Assembly (NCBI GenBank): GCA_903920435.1 | Contig: CAIXMB010000038.1 | Coordinates: 13,563-77,562 of the forward strand | Source of the DNA: an uncultured Actinomycetes bacterium | GTDB lineage: Bacteria > Actinomycetota > Actinomycetes > Actinomycetales > Microbacteriaceae | Direction: 5' to 3' | DNA: 64,000 bases | Shown: positions 13,291 to 23,336 of the stretch, piece by piece | Position numbering within the stretch: position 1 is the stretch's first letter | Layout: every line of letters starts with the position of its first letter | The notes under the pieces: generated by a model | Told to the model about the DNA's origin: nothing | Seen by the model: the letters and a program-made list of their open reading frames with translations, nothing else | Databases searched by the model: none | Made by a program: the position numbers and the translations under genes

Positions 13291-13620
13291 GTGACGTATG
13301 TCATCGCCCAGCCCTGCGTCGATCTCAAGGACCGCGCGTGCATCGACGAGTGCCCTGTCGACTGCATCTACGAGGGCGACCGGATGCTCTACATCCATCC
13401 CGACGAGTGCGTCGACTGCGGCGCCTGCGAGCCCGTCTGCCCCGTCGAGGCGATCTACTACGAAGACGACCTGCCGGGCAAGTGGAGCGACTACTACAAG
13501 GCCAACGTCGAGTTCTTCGACGAGGTGGGCTCCCCGGGCGGTGCGTCCAAGGTCGGCGTGATCCACAAGGACCACGCGCTCATCATGGCCCTGCCCGAAG
13601 GCGGCGGCTCGTCCGAATGA
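13291..13620 (+). CDS. fdxA: 7Fe ferredoxin
   Basis: [14 protein letters not shown] and [12 protein letters not shown]; upstream of dapC. Confidence 0.95.
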   Translation: MTYVIAQPCVDLKDRACIDECPVDCIYEGDRMLYIHPDECVDCGACEPVCPVEAIYYEDDLPGKWSDYYKANVEFFDEVGSPGGASKVGVIHKDHALIMALPEGGGSSE

Positions 13621-14738
13621 CGAGCGGAGCCGACCAGCGGCAGCCCCTGCAGCTCCCCGACTTCCCGTGGGACTCGCTCGCGCCCTACGCCGAGCGCGCC
13701 CGCTCGCACCCTGACGGCTTCATCGACCTCTCCGTCGGCTCGCCCGTCGACCCGACGCCCGCCGTCGTGCGCGAGGCGCTCGCCGCGGCCACGGATGCCC
13801 ATGCCTACCCCGCGACCGCGGGCAGCCCCGCGCTGCGCGAGGCGATAGTCGACTGGTTCGCGCGGCGCCGCGGAGTCGACGACCTCACCGTCGCGAACGT
13901 GCTGCCCACCATCGGCTCGAAGGAGCTCGTCGGGCTCCTCCCGTTCCTGCTCGGTCTCGGCAAGGGCGACATCGTCGTGCATCCGTCGATCGCCTACCCG
14001 ACGTACGCCATCGGCGGCGCACTCGTGGGGGCGACGGTCGTCGCGGCCGATGACCCGGCCGACTGGCCCGAGGGCACGAAGCTCGTGTGGGTGAACAGCC
14101 CCGGCAACCCCGACGGCAGCGTGCTCGACGTCGACCAGCTGCGGGCGGCAGTCGCGCGCGCCCGCGAGCTCGGCGCCGTGATCGCGAGCGACGAGTGCTA
14201 CGCCGAGCTCAACTGGGCGGGGTCCGAGCCGACCTCGAGCATCCTCGACCCACGTGTCATCGCGGGGGAGCGCAACTCGGTGCTCGCCCTCTACTCCCTC
14301 AGCAAGCAGTCGAACCTCGCGGGCTACCGCGCGGCACTCGTCGCGGGCTGCAGCGACCTCATCGCCGAGCTCCTGGGCGTGCGCAAGCACATCGGCCTGA
14401 TCCCGCCGGAGCCCGTGCAGGAGGCGATGATCGCCGCCCTGCGCGACGAGGCGCACGTCGCCGAGCAGCGCGAGCGCTACCGCGCGCGCCGCGCCCGCCT
14501 GAAGCCCGCGCTGGAGGCCGCAGGCTACCGCGTGGACGAGTCCGTCGCGGGGCTCTACCTGTGGGTCACGAACGGGCGGGATTCGTGGGAGACGGTGTCG
14601 GAGTTCGCCGATGCCGGGATCCTCGTGGTTCCCGGGTCGTTCTACGGCGAGACACCGCCCCAGCACGTGCGCATCGCGCTCACGGCGTCCGATGCCGATA
14701 TCACCGAGACGGTCGCGCGGCTCGAGCTCTTGGCGTAA
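13617..14738 (+). CDS. dapC: N-succinyldiaminopimelate aminotransferase
   Basis: [44 protein letters not shown]; ATGA overlap with fdxA. Confidence 0.92.
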   Translation: MTSGADQRQPLQLPDFPWDSLAPYAERARSHPDGFIDLSVGSPVDPTPAVVREALAAATDAHAYPATAGSPALREAIVDWFARRRGVDDLTVANVLPTIGSKELVGLLPFLLGLGKGDIVVHPSIAYPTYAIGGALVGATVVAADDPADWPEGTKLVWVNSPGNPDGSVLDVDQLRAAVARARELGAVIASDECYAELNWAGSEPTSSILDPRVIAGERNSVLALYSLSKQSNLAGYRAALVAGCSDLIAELLGVRKHIGLIPPEPVQEAMIAALRDEAHVAEQRERYRARRARLKPALEAAGYRVDESVAGLYLWVTNGRDSWETVSEFADAGILVVPGSFYGETPPQHVRIALTASDADITETVARLELLA

Positions 14739-14807
14739 CTCCACAACCTCGCCGCGCTTCCCTTGGGTCTTGCGTCAGTGGTCGTATCCACTGCGTAAGC
14801 TGTAGGG

Positions 14808-16106
14808 GTGAACGATGCCGCTCCTGATTCCGAGAAGGCCACCCTCCATTTCCCGGGGGGTTCGGCCGAGTTCCCGATAATCCGGGGTACCGATGGCCAC
14901 GACAGCATCGACATCTCCACGTTCATGAAGCAGACCGGCTTCACGACCCTCGACCAGGGCTTCGTGAACACCGCGTCGACGCGCAGCGAGATCACCTACA
15001 TCGACGGCGAGCGCGGAATCCTGCGCTACCGCGGTTATGCGATCGAGGATGTGGCCAAGAACTCCACGTACCTCGAGGTCGCGTGGCTGCTCATCTACGG
15101 CGAGCTGCCCACGCCGTCGGAGCTGTCGGACTTCGACGAGCGCATCCGCCGCCACACCCTCCTGCACGAAGACCTCCGCCGGTTCTTCGACGCCCTCCCG
15201 CACAGCGCGCACCCCATGTCCGTACTCTCGAGCGCGGTCTCGGCCCTCTCGACCTACTACGAGGACTCGCTCAACGTGCACGACCCCGAGCAGGTCGAGA
15301 TCTCGACGATCCGCCTGCTCGCCAAGCTTCCCGTCATCGCCGCCTACGCGCACAAGAAGGCGCTCGGCCAGGCGTTCCTCTACCCCGACAACTCGCTGAG
15401 CTTCGTCGACAACTTCCTCAAGCTCAACTTCGGCACGATGGCCGAGCCGTACGAGGTCAATCCCGTGCTCAGCACGGCGCTCGACCGCCTGCTCATCCTG
15501 CACGAGGACCACGAGCAGAACGCGTCGACCTCGACGGTGCGGCTCGTGGGCTCGACCGAGGCCAACATCTTCGCGTCGATCTCCGCGGGCATCAACGCCC
15601 TGTACGGTCCGCTTCACGGGGGCGCGAACGAGGCCGTGCTCAAGATGCTCGCCGAGATCAAGCAGTCGGGCGAGGGCGTCGAGAAGTTCGTCGAGCGGGT
15701 CAAGAACAAGGAAGACGGCATCCGTCTCATGGGCTTCGGCCACCGCGTCTACAAGAGCTTCGACCCGCGCGCCAAGCTCGTGAAGGAGAGCGCCGACGAG
15801 GTGCTCGCCGCGCTCGGTGTGAAAGACGACCTGCTCGACATCGCCAAGGAGCTCGAGCACGTCGCCCTCAACGACGACTACTTCATCGAGCGCAAGCTCT
15901 ACCCGAACGTCGACTTCTACACGGGTGTCATCTACAAGGCGATGGGCTTCCCCACCCGCATGTTCACCGTGCTGTTCGCGATCGGCCGCCTGCCCGGCTG
16001 GATCGCCAACTGGCGCGAGATGAACGAAGACAAGTACACCAAGATCGGCCGCCCGCAGCAGTTGTACACGGGGGCCGCCGTGCGCGACTGGCCGGCGGGC
16101 CGCTAG
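14808..16106 (+). CDS. gltA: Citrate synthase
   Basis: ITYIDGERGILRYRGY, DHEQNAST, GPLHGGAN, GFGHRVYK, YPNVDFY. Confidence 0.97.
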   Translation: MNDAAPDSEKATLHFPGGSAEFPIIRGTDGHDSIDISTFMKQTGFTTLDQGFVNTASTRSEITYIDGERGILRYRGYAIEDVAKNSTYLEVAWLLIYGELPTPSELSDFDERIRRHTLLHEDLRRFFDALPHSAHPMSVLSSAVSALSTYYEDSLNVHDPEQVEISTIRLLAKLPVIAAYAHKKALGQAFLYPDNSLSFVDNFLKLNFGTMAEPYEVNPVLSTALDRLLILHEDHEQNASTSTVRLVGSTEANIFASISAGINALYGPLHGGANEAVLKMLAEIKQSGEGVEKFVERVKNKEDGIRLMGFGHRVYKSFDPRAKLVKESADEVLAALGVKDDLLDIAKELEHVALNDDYFIERKLYPNVDFYTGVIYKAMGFPTRMFTVLFAIGRLPGWIANWREMNEDKYTKIGRPQQLYTGAAVRDWPAGR

Positions 16107-16120
16107 GGGTCGCTGCAGAC

Positions 16121-16729
16121 ATGGCGTGGTTCCGCAGGTCACGCCGTCGGTTCAGCCTCGGGACCTTCGTCGAACCCGAGGATCGCCCTCCCGCGAGCAT
16201 CGAGGACCTGCTGGAGGAGGGTGAGCTGCTCTCCGCTGCTGCGGTGCGACTCGCCATCAAGAACCGCATCATCACGGGCTCACTGCGCGACGAGCTGAAC
16301 TTCGACGAGGGCCGCTACGTCGCCGCCGTCGCCGAGGAGCTGCACATCCTCGCCGACGAGACGGATGCCGATGCCGAGCGCGCGGCGAACGACCGGGCAG
16401 CAGCGGGCCAGCGCCCCGGCCGCGCGCAGCACTTCCACGACTACCGCAGCGCGGATGCCGCGATCCTCGAGCGCCGCGAGGAGTACGACCGGCGGCTCGC
16501 GGCACGCCTGCGGGAGCTCGCAACGGACGAGCAGTTCGCGCGCGACACCGCCGCGCGGGCGCGGGAGGCCGCGTGGGACGAGATCGCGGCATCCGTGAAG
16601 GCCAGGCTCACCCGCGCGGCGACGATCGGCGACGAGCCCGACTACGTCATCGAGCGGATGGACCGGCTGCGCGAGTTGACCCGCGACATCAGGCGGCTAG
16701 AAGGCCTGGACCGCGACGATCGGCCCTAG
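16121..16729 (+). CDS. Hypothetical alpha-helical protein
   Basis: ATG 15 nt after gltA stop; GC3-rich codons; charged helical sequence; no motif recognised. Confidence 0.75.
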   Translation: MAWFRRSRRRFSLGTFVEPEDRPPASIEDLLEEGELLSAAAVRLAIKNRIITGSLRDELNFDEGRYVAAVAEELHILADETDADAERAANDRAAAGQRPGRAQHFHDYRSADAAILERREEYDRRLAARLRELATDEQFARDTAARAREAAWDEIAASVKARLTRAATIGDEPDYVIERMDRLRELTRDIRRLEGLDRDDRP

Positions 16730-16744
16730 CGGCGGGCAATGCAG

Positions 16745-17200
16745 CTAGATCTCCTCGACAGTGATGCCGATGTCGCGGAAGGTGACTGACGCGGCGCCAT
16801 CCGCCGACGGCGAGCAGCGCACCCCCAGCGTGATGTCGGGCAGGTCGTAGTTCGACGCGAACTCGAGGTGCGTCCATTCGCCCGCCGGCGCGATCGTGCT
16901 GCTGCCCGCGAAGAAGTCGAGCTGGCCGCTCGTATCGACGAGCCCGCAGCGCAGCGAGCTCGACGGCACCGTGGTGGAGAGCGACGGCGCGTACAGCACG
17001 TCGAGCGCGTAACCCACCCGCACGTGCCCGCCGGTGATGGTGAGGTTCGTGACGCGCAGGTCGGTGTCTGACGTGTAGGTGCCCGCGAAGATGGTCTGCT
17101 CGGGGTCGGTGCTGAACCAGGCGCGCCCGAGCACGCCGAGCAGGAGCACCGCGGCGACCGCGGCGACGAGGAGGGCTACCCGACTACGCGTGGAGGGCAC
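16745..17200 (-). CDS. Hypothetical membrane-anchored protein
   Basis: N-terminal TM, beta-rich ectodomain with two Cys; overlaps dapD stop by 17 nt. Confidence 0.7.
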   Translation of the reverse strand: MPSTRSRVALLVAAVAAVLLLGVLGRAWFSTDPEQTIFAGTYTSDTDLRVTNLTITGGHVRVGYALDVLYAPSLSTTVPSSSLRCGLVDTSGQLDFFAGSSTIAPAGEWTHLEFASNYDLPDITLGVRCSPSADGAASVTFRDIGITVEEI

Positions 17201-18140
17201 TGTTGAGCTCGACGCCCGTGCCGTCGCGCTGCAGCACCTCGACGGCGCCCGACACCGAGTTGCGGCGGAAGAGCAGCCCGGGCACGTTCGCGAACTCGAT
17301 GGCCTTGACCGTGCGCGGGGTGGCTTGCCCTGACCCCGTCGAAGGGCCGACTACGACGACCTTCGTGCCCGCAGTGACGTACAGCCCGGCCTCGACGACC
17401 GTGTCGTCGCCGATGGGGATGCCCACTCCCGAGTTCGCGCCCAGCAGCGCCCGTGCGCCGATCGACACCCGCGTGGTGCCGCCGCCGCTCAGGGTGCCCA
17501 TGATCGACGCGCCGCCGCCGATGTCGGCGCCGTCACCGACGACGACGCCCTGCGAGATGCGGCCCTCGACCATGGAGGTGCCGAGGGTTCCCGCGTTGTA
17601 GTTGACGAAGCCCTCGTGCATGACCGTCGTGCCGGGGGAGAGGTGCGCGCCGAGCCGCACGCGCGACGCGTCCGCGATGCGCACGCGCTCGGGCGAGACG
17701 TAGTCGAGCAGGCGGGGGAACTTGTCGATGCCGGTGGGCGCGATACCGGCGCGCTGCAGCGGCAGGCGCATCCGTGCGAAGTCGTCCGGATGCACGGGGC
17801 CGGCGTTGGTCCACACGACGATGGGCAGGTGCGCGAAGATGCCGTCGAGGTTGATCGTGTTGGGCGCCACGAGCAGGTGGCTGAGCAGGTGCAGGCGCAG
17901 GTACGCGTCCGACGTCGAGGCGATGGGGGCGTCGAGGTCGACCTCCACGGTCACGAACTCCAGTCGCACGTTGCGGCGCTCGTCGGAACCCACGAGGTCT
18001 TCGAGCTCTGCGGGCGCGATGTGCGGGTCGGTGCCCGCGGGGAAGGCGCCGAGCCGCGGGGCGGGGAACCAGGTGTCGAGCACCGTGCCGTCGCCCGAGA
18101 TCGAAGCAAGACCGTATCCCCAGGCAGCGCGCGACGTCAT
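17184..18140 (-). CDS. dapD: Tetrahydrodipicolinate N-succinyltransferase (actinobacterial type)
   Basis: AWGYGLA...LDTWFPAP, DKFPRLLDY, HEGFVNYNAGT, EGRISQGV. Confidence 0.95.
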   Translation of the reverse strand: MTSRAAWGYGLASISGDGTVLDTWFPAPRLGAFPAGTDPHIAPAELEDLVGSDERRNVRLEFVTVEVDLDAPIASTSDAYLRLHLLSHLLVAPNTINLDGIFAHLPIVVWTNAGPVHPDDFARMRLPLQRAGIAPTGIDKFPRLLDYVSPERVRIADASRVRLGAHLSPGTTVMHEGFVNYNAGTLGTSMVEGRISQGVVVGDGADIGGGASIMGTLSGGGTTRVSIGARALLGANSGVGIPIGDDTVVEAGLYVTAGTKVVVVGPSTGSGQATPRTVKAIEFANVPGLLFRRNSVSGAVEVLQRDGTGVELNSALHA

Positions 18141-18166
18141 AGAGCAAGACTACTTAAACTGATCCC

Positions 18167-19231
18167 ATGCCCCTTCTCGACCTGTCGCAGTCGTCCGTCG
18201 AACTCACCAGGGCGCTGTGCGACATCGAGTCGGTCTCGGGCAACGAGCGCGGCATCGCCGACGCCATCGAGACGGCGCTCGTCGGCCTCGCGCACCTCGA
18301 GCTGTTCCGCGACAGCGACGCCCTCGTCGCGCGCACCACGCTCGGCCGCGACCGCCGCGTCGTCATCGCCGGCCACATCGACACCGTGCCCGTCAACGAC
18401 AATCTCCCGGTGCGCACGGAAGACGGATACCTCGTGGGCCGCGGCACCGTCGACATGAAAGGCGGCGTGGCCGTCGCCCTCAAGCTCGCCGCCGAGCTCA
18501 CGGCGCCCCCCGTCGACCTCACCTGGATCTGGTACGACCACGAGGAGGTCGACAGCGCCCTCAACGGGCTCGGTCGCCTCGCGCGAGTGCGGCCCGACCT
18601 GCTCGCGGGCGACTTCGCGATCCTCGGCGAGCCGACCAGCGCGACGATCGAGGGCGGCTGCAACGGCACCGCGCGCGCCGACATCCGTCTGCACGGCGTT
18701 CGCGCGCACAGCGCCCGCGCCTGGGTCGGCCACAACGCGATCCACGACGCGGCCCCCGTGCTCGCCATCCTCGCCGACTACACACCGGCGGAGGTGGAGG
18801 TCGACGGCCTGGTCTACCGCGAGGGCCTCAACGCCGTGGGCATCACGGGCGGCGTCGCGGGCAACGTCATCCCCGACGAGGCGGTCGTGAGCGTCAACTA
18901 CCGGTTCGCGCCGAGCCGCTCGGCCGATGACGCGATCGCGCACCTGCGCGACGTGTTCGCGGGCTTCGACATCGAGATCACCGACATCGCCGAGGGCGCG
19001 CGCCCGGGGCTCGACGCCCCGCTCGCGCAGGACTTCCTCGCGGCGGTGGGCGGTGTCGCGAGCCCCAAGTACGGCTGGACCGATGTCGCGCGCTTCTCCG
19101 CGCTCGGCATCCCCGCCGTCAACTACGGGCCGGGGGACCCGCTCAAGGCGCACGCCGACGACGAGCGAGTCGCGATCGCCGAGATCGTCGAGTGCGAGCG
19201 GGGGCTGCGCGCGTGGCTGACGGGCTCGTAG
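18167..19231 (+). CDS. dapE: Succinyl-diaminopimelate desuccinylase
   Basis: AGHIDTVP, GRGTVDMK, YDHEEV, GEPT, GWTDVARF, AHADDE. Confidence 0.95.
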   Translation: MPLLDLSQSSVELTRALCDIESVSGNERGIADAIETALVGLAHLELFRDSDALVARTTLGRDRRVVIAGHIDTVPVNDNLPVRTEDGYLVGRGTVDMKGGVAVALKLAAELTAPPVDLTWIWYDHEEVDSALNGLGRLARVRPDLLAGDFAILGEPTSATIEGGCNGTARADIRLHGVRAHSARAWVGHNAIHDAAPVLAILADYTPAEVEVDGLVYREGLNAVGITGGVAGNVIPDEAVVSVNYRFAPSRSADDAIAHLRDVFAGFDIEITDIAEGARPGLDAPLAQDFLAAVGGVASPKYGWTDVARFSALGIPAVNYGPGDPLKAHADDERVAIAEIVECERGLRAWLTGS

Positions 19232-20439
19232 CCCGCAGGCGCACCGCCCTCACGGTCCGCTACCGGCTCACGCCGTGGTGGGTGAAGGTGATCGTCGTGT
19301 GCGTGCTCTCGCGCTTCGTGACGACGGCGATCATGCTCGCCTTCGCCTCCCGGCAGCAGCAGAACGCCTGGACCCTCGCGCACCCGAGCTACGGCGACTT
19401 CGCCTCGATCTGGGACGGCCACTGGTACTACATCATCGCCGTCGTCGGCTACCCGTCGCAGTTGCCCCTCACCCCCGACGGGCACGTGGGCGAGAGCGCC
19501 TGGGCGTTCATGCCCGCGTACCCCGCCGTGGTGCGACTGCTCATGCTCGTCTCGGGGCTCGACTTCGGCACGGTCGCCGTGTTCGTCTCCGTGGCGTGCG
19601 CACTCGGCGCGGCGCTGCTGTTCTACCGGCTCATCCACCTCGTGCTGCCGGGATCGGTGGCGCTGTTCTCGGTGGTGCTGTTCTGCGTCGCGCCGCTCTC
19701 GCCCATCCTCCAGGTCTCGTACGCGGAGTCGATGCACCTGCTGCTGCTCGTGGCCGCCCTGTACCTGCTGCTGCAACGCCGGTACTGGATGCTCCTGCCG
19801 GTCATCGCCGTCATGTCGCTCACGCGCCCGAGCGGGCTCGCGTTCGCGCTCACGCTCGGCCTGCACGTCGTCTACCGGTTCTGGCGCCGCCGCACCGAGG
19901 AGTTCCCCGTGGGCGAGCGCGTGGCATCCGTCATCGCGACGCTGTTCAGCGGGTTCATGGGAATCGCCTGGCTGCTCGTGGCGTGGGCGATCACGGGCGA
20001 TGCGAGCGCGTACACCGAGACGGAGCTGGCGTGGCGCTCCGCCTACATCGGCTACCAGGAGCTCGTGCCGTTCACGCCCTGGCTCAAGGCCGCGGGCTTC
20101 TGGGCGGGGCAGTGGGGCGTTCCCCTACCGCTGCTCGTCGTCATCCTCGCGCTCGTCGTCGCCGGGTTCTTCGCGGCCCTGTTCACGCGGTCGGCGAAGC
20201 GCCTCGGTGTCGATCTGCGGTTCTGGATCGCCTCCTACGCGCTCTACCTGCTCGCGGTGTTCTTCCCGCAGTCGAGCACGTTCCGGCTGCTCGTGCCGCT
20301 GTTCCCGGCCCTCGGCGCGCTCGCCCAGCCGCGCAGCGCCTGGTACCGCGTGGGGCTCGTGGTGGTCATGATCGTGGGTCAGATCGTCTGGGTGGACATC
20401 GCCTGGTGGGTGGACGGTTACGACTGGACGCCACCGTAG
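19213..20439 (+). CDS. GT-C fold multi-TM glycosyltransferase (PIG-V-like mannosyltransferase)
   Basis: WDGHWY, WAFMPAYP, YAES, TRPSG, QSSTFRL; ~10 TM; GTG start uncertain. Confidence 0.8.
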   Translation: MADGLVARRRTALTVRYRLTPWWVKVIVVCVLSRFVTTAIMLAFASRQQQNAWTLAHPSYGDFASIWDGHWYYIIAVVGYPSQLPLTPDGHVGESAWAFMPAYPAVVRLLMLVSGLDFGTVAVFVSVACALGAALLFYRLIHLVLPGSVALFSVVLFCVAPLSPILQVSYAESMHLLLLVAALYLLLQRRYWMLLPVIAVMSLTRPSGLAFALTLGLHVVYRFWRRRTEEFPVGERVASVIATLFSGFMGIAWLLVAWAITGDASAYTETELAWRSAYIGYQELVPFTPWLKAAGFWAGQWGVPLPLLVVILALVVAGFFAALFTRSAKRLGVDLRFWIASYALYLLAVFFPQSSTFRLLVPLFPALGALAQPRSAWYRVGLVVVMIVGQIVWVDIAWWVDGYDWTPP

Positions 20440-20521
20440 CGCCAGCGGAAATGCGCGCGTTTTCACGTTCTACCCCCGATCTGGGATAATGGTCAGGTAT
20501 CCGTGTGAAAGGGGAACACCC

Positions 20522-20695
20522 ATGGCAGCCATGAAACCGAGGACCGGTGACGGGCCAATGGAGGCTGTCAAGGAAGGTCGCCTCATCATCGTTCGCGTGC
20601 CCCTCGAGGGTGGAGGGCGCCTCGTCGTCTCCGTGAACGATGCCGAAGCCAAGGAGCTTCACGATGCACTCGCCGGAGTTGTCACTCCCGCGTAG
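20522..20695 (+). CDS. DUF3117 family small protein
   Basis: MAAMKPRTGDGPMEAVKEGRLIIVRVPLEGGGRLVV signature; SD AAGGGG. Confidence 0.92.
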   Translation: MAAMKPRTGDGPMEAVKEGRLIIVRVPLEGGGRLVVSVNDAEAKELHDALAGVVTPA

Positions 20696-20705
20696 TGCTG
20701 CCTTC

Positions 20706-21338
20706 CTAGTCAGTCAGTTTTGTCATCTGCAGGAGTCCGTCTCCTACCGGTGACAGCGCCGTCAGCACGGCGTCGGATGACGCGATCTCCCTGAGGAGCA
20801 TGCGGAATCCGGCGACCGTGTCGTCGCGCGCCGCCGGGTCGGCCACCCGCCCCCGCCACAGGGCATGGGCGACGACCACGGTTCCGCCGCGGCGCGCCAG
20901 GCGCAGCCCGTGCTCGACGTACTCGATGACGTTGCCCGGGTCCGCGTCGATGAACACGAGGTCGTAGCTGCGCTCGTTCATGCGCGGCAGCACGTCCTCC
21001 GCGCGGCCGCCGATCAGGCGCAGGCGGTTCACGGGGATTCCGGCATCCGTGAAGCCCTTGCGGGCCACGGTCTGGTAGTCCAGCTCGGCGTCGATGGTGG
21101 TGAGAACCGCCTCATGCGCCCCACTCAGCATCCACAGCCCGCTCACGCCGAGGCCGGTGCCGACCTCGATGATGTTCGCGGGATTGGTCGCCGCCGCGAT
21201 CACGGCGAGCTGCGCACCCATCGCGGGCGTGACCGGGTCGATGCCCACCTCGAGGGAGTGCTGGCGCATGAGCGCGATGTCGGGGCGTTCGACGATGAAC
21301 TCTTCGGCGAACTTCCCACTCAGCAGCTTGTCTGGCAC
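20706..21338 (-). CDS. O-methyltransferase (Methyltransf_3 type)
   Basis: IEVGTGLGVSG, YDLVFIDAD, PVGDGLL. Confidence 0.9.
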   Translation of the reverse strand: MPDKLLSGKFAEEFIVERPDIALMRQHSLEVGIDPVTPAMGAQLAVIAAATNPANIIEVGTGLGVSGLWMLSGAHEAVLTTIDAELDYQTVARKGFTDAGIPVNRLRLIGGRAEDVLPRMNERSYDLVFIDADPGNVIEYVEHGLRLARRGGTVVVAHALWRGRVADPAARDDTVAGFRMLLREIASSDAVLTALSPVGDGLLQMTKLTD

Positions 21339-21386
21339 TAGGCAACTCTAGGCGGCAGCACGGCGCGCGGCGGGTATCCTGAGCGG

Positions 21387-21749
21387 GTGTCCTTTGGCCT
21401 GACGTTCGACAAACTCCTGATCATCGGGATCATCGCCGTCTTCCTGCTCGGGCCCGAGCGACTGCCCTACTACGCCTCTCAGCTCGCGCGGCTCGTCAAG
21501 TCGCTGCGCACGATGGCCAACGGCGCCCGCGATCGCATGCGCGAGGAGATGGGCCCCGACTTCGACGACATCGACTGGAAGAAGCTCGACCCGCGCCAGT
21601 ACGACCCGCGCCGCATCATCCGTGAGGCCCTGCTCGACGACGAGGAGCCGGCGCCCGTCGTCAAGCCCGCCCGCGAGTCGGCCTACGCCCAGCGCCAGCG
21701 GTACCTCGCCGAGGGCAAGCCGGCGCCGTTCGACGCCGAGAGCACCTGA
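21387..21749 (+). CDS. tatB: TatB-like Sec-independent translocase subunit
   Basis: FGLTFDKLLIIGIIAVFLLGPERLP...DPRQYDPRRII; ends PFDAEST. Confidence 0.85.
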   Translation: MSFGLTFDKLLIIGIIAVFLLGPERLPYYASQLARLVKSLRTMANGARDRMREEMGPDFDDIDWKKLDPRQYDPRRIIREALLDDEEPAPVVKPARESAYAQRQRYLAEGKPAPFDAEST

Positions 21750-21755
21750 CCCCGA

Positions 21756-23306
21756 TCAGCGGCGGCGCAGACCCTTCAGGGCACGCAGCAGGAACAGCAT
21801 CACGCCCGACAGCCGCGACCACTCGGGTCCCGTGCGCGGCAGCGTGAGGATTCCGGTCGCCTCGGCCACGGTGCGCGCCTCCACGTAGCGCAGGATGCCC
21901 TCCGGGCCGTTGCGGCGGCCCAGCCCCGACTGCTTCATGCCGCCCTGCGGGGCGTCCACGCTGCCGAACGAGGCCCGGTAGCCCTCGTTGATGTTCACGC
22001 TGCCGGCCTCGAGCCGGTCGGCGACCCGGCGCGCACGCGAGATCGAGCCGCTGAACACCGAGGCGTTGAGCCCGAACTCCGAGGCGTTGGCGGCCGCGAT
22101 CGCCTCCTCCTCGCTGTCGACGACGGTGATCGCGACCACGGGCCCGAAGGTCTCGTGCGAGAAGCACTCCATCGCCTCGGTGACGCCCGTGAGCACCGTC
22201 GGCTCGAAGAAGAACGGCCCGAGGTCGGGCCGGGCGCGACCGCCGGCGAGCACCGTCGCCCCCTTCTTCACGGCGTCGTCGACGTGCTTCTGCACGCGCT
22301 CCAGCTGGGCGGCGGAGGTGAGCGAGCCGACATCCGTCGTGTAGTCGAGGGCCGGCCCCTGGCTGAGGGCCTGCGTGCGCGCCGCGAACTCGGCGGTGAA
22401 CTCGTCGGCGACCGACCGGGCGACGTAGATGCGCTCGATCGACACGCACAGCTGGCCCATCGACGAGAACACCGAGTAGACGGCGTTCGCCGCCGCGGTC
22501 GAGGGCTTCACGTCGTCGAGGACGATGAGCGGGTTCTTGCCGCCCAGCTCGAGCGAGGCGCCCGTGAGCGTCGCCATCGCGCGCTCGCCGACCCGGATGC
22601 CCGTGGCGCTCGACCCCGTGAACGCCACGTAGTCCGCCACGTCGACGACGGCGTTGCCGACCACGTTGCCGTCGCCCGCGACCACGGCCCACAGCGCGGC
22701 GGGGACTCCGGCCTCGATGAAGGCCCGACGGGAGGAGAGGATCGACAGCGCGCCCTGGTTGTCGGCCTTCTGCACGACGGCGTTGCCCGCGGCGAGGGCG
22801 GGGATCACGTCCATGATCGAGAGTGCGATGGGGTAGTTCCACGGCGTGATGATGCCGATGACGCCCTTGGGCTTGTAGCCCACGCGTGTGCGAACGACCG
22901 TCGGGATGCCCGACCGGCGGTAGCGCGTGCGCAGCACGCCGCGCGCAGAGAGCGCGTAGTACCGCGTGACGGAGGCGCTCTGGAAGACCTCCTCGAAGGC
23001 CTGCCCGCGCGTCTTACCCGACTCGGTCTGCAGGATGTCGAGCAGCTCCTCCCGCCGCTCGAGCAGGAGGTCGTGCGCCTTGAGCAGCACGGCGCGGCGA
23101 TGGGCGAAGCCCGCGGCCTGCCACGACTTCTGGGCGATGCGGGCGGCGGCCGCGGCATCCGTGACGTCCTGGGCGGAGGCGGTCGGCAGGTTGTGCAGTA
23201 CCTCGCCCGTGAAGGGTGCGATGACGGGCACGGTGTCGCCGGTCGTGGTCGTGAGATCGCCGACGAGGTCGGAGACGAGAGGCTGGGTGAGCGTCGATGC
23301 TGCCAT
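21756..23306 (-). CDS. Aldehyde dehydrogenase (succinate-semialdehyde dehydrogenase-like)
   Basis: ITPWNYP, FTGSSATG, LELGGKNP, GQLCVSIER, ETFGPV; start MAASTL at 23306 with TACGCT 6 nt upstream. Confidence 0.92.
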   Translation of the reverse strand: MAASTLTQPLVSDLVGDLTTTTGDTVPVIAPFTGEVLHNLPTASAQDVTDAAAAARIAQKSWQAAGFAHRRAVLLKAHDLLLERREELLDILQTESGKTRGQAFEEVFQSASVTRYYALSARGVLRTRYRRSGIPTVVRTRVGYKPKGVIGIITPWNYPIALSIMDVIPALAAGNAVVQKADNQGALSILSSRRAFIEAGVPAALWAVVAGDGNVVGNAVVDVADYVAFTGSSATGIRVGERAMATLTGASLELGGKNPLIVLDDVKPSTAAANAVYSVFSSMGQLCVSIERIYVARSVADEFTAEFAARTQALSQGPALDYTTDVGSLTSAAQLERVQKHVDDAVKKGATVLAGGRARPDLGPFFFEPTVLTGVTEAMECFSHETFGPVVAITVVDSEEEAIAAANASEFGLNASVFSGSISRARRVADRLEAGSVNINEGYRASFGSVDAPQGGMKQSGLGRRNGPEGILRYVEARTVAEATGILTLPRTGPEWSRLSGVMLFLLRALKGLRRR

Positions 23307-23336
23307 GGGGCAAGCGTACGCCGCTAGGCTCTGGCC

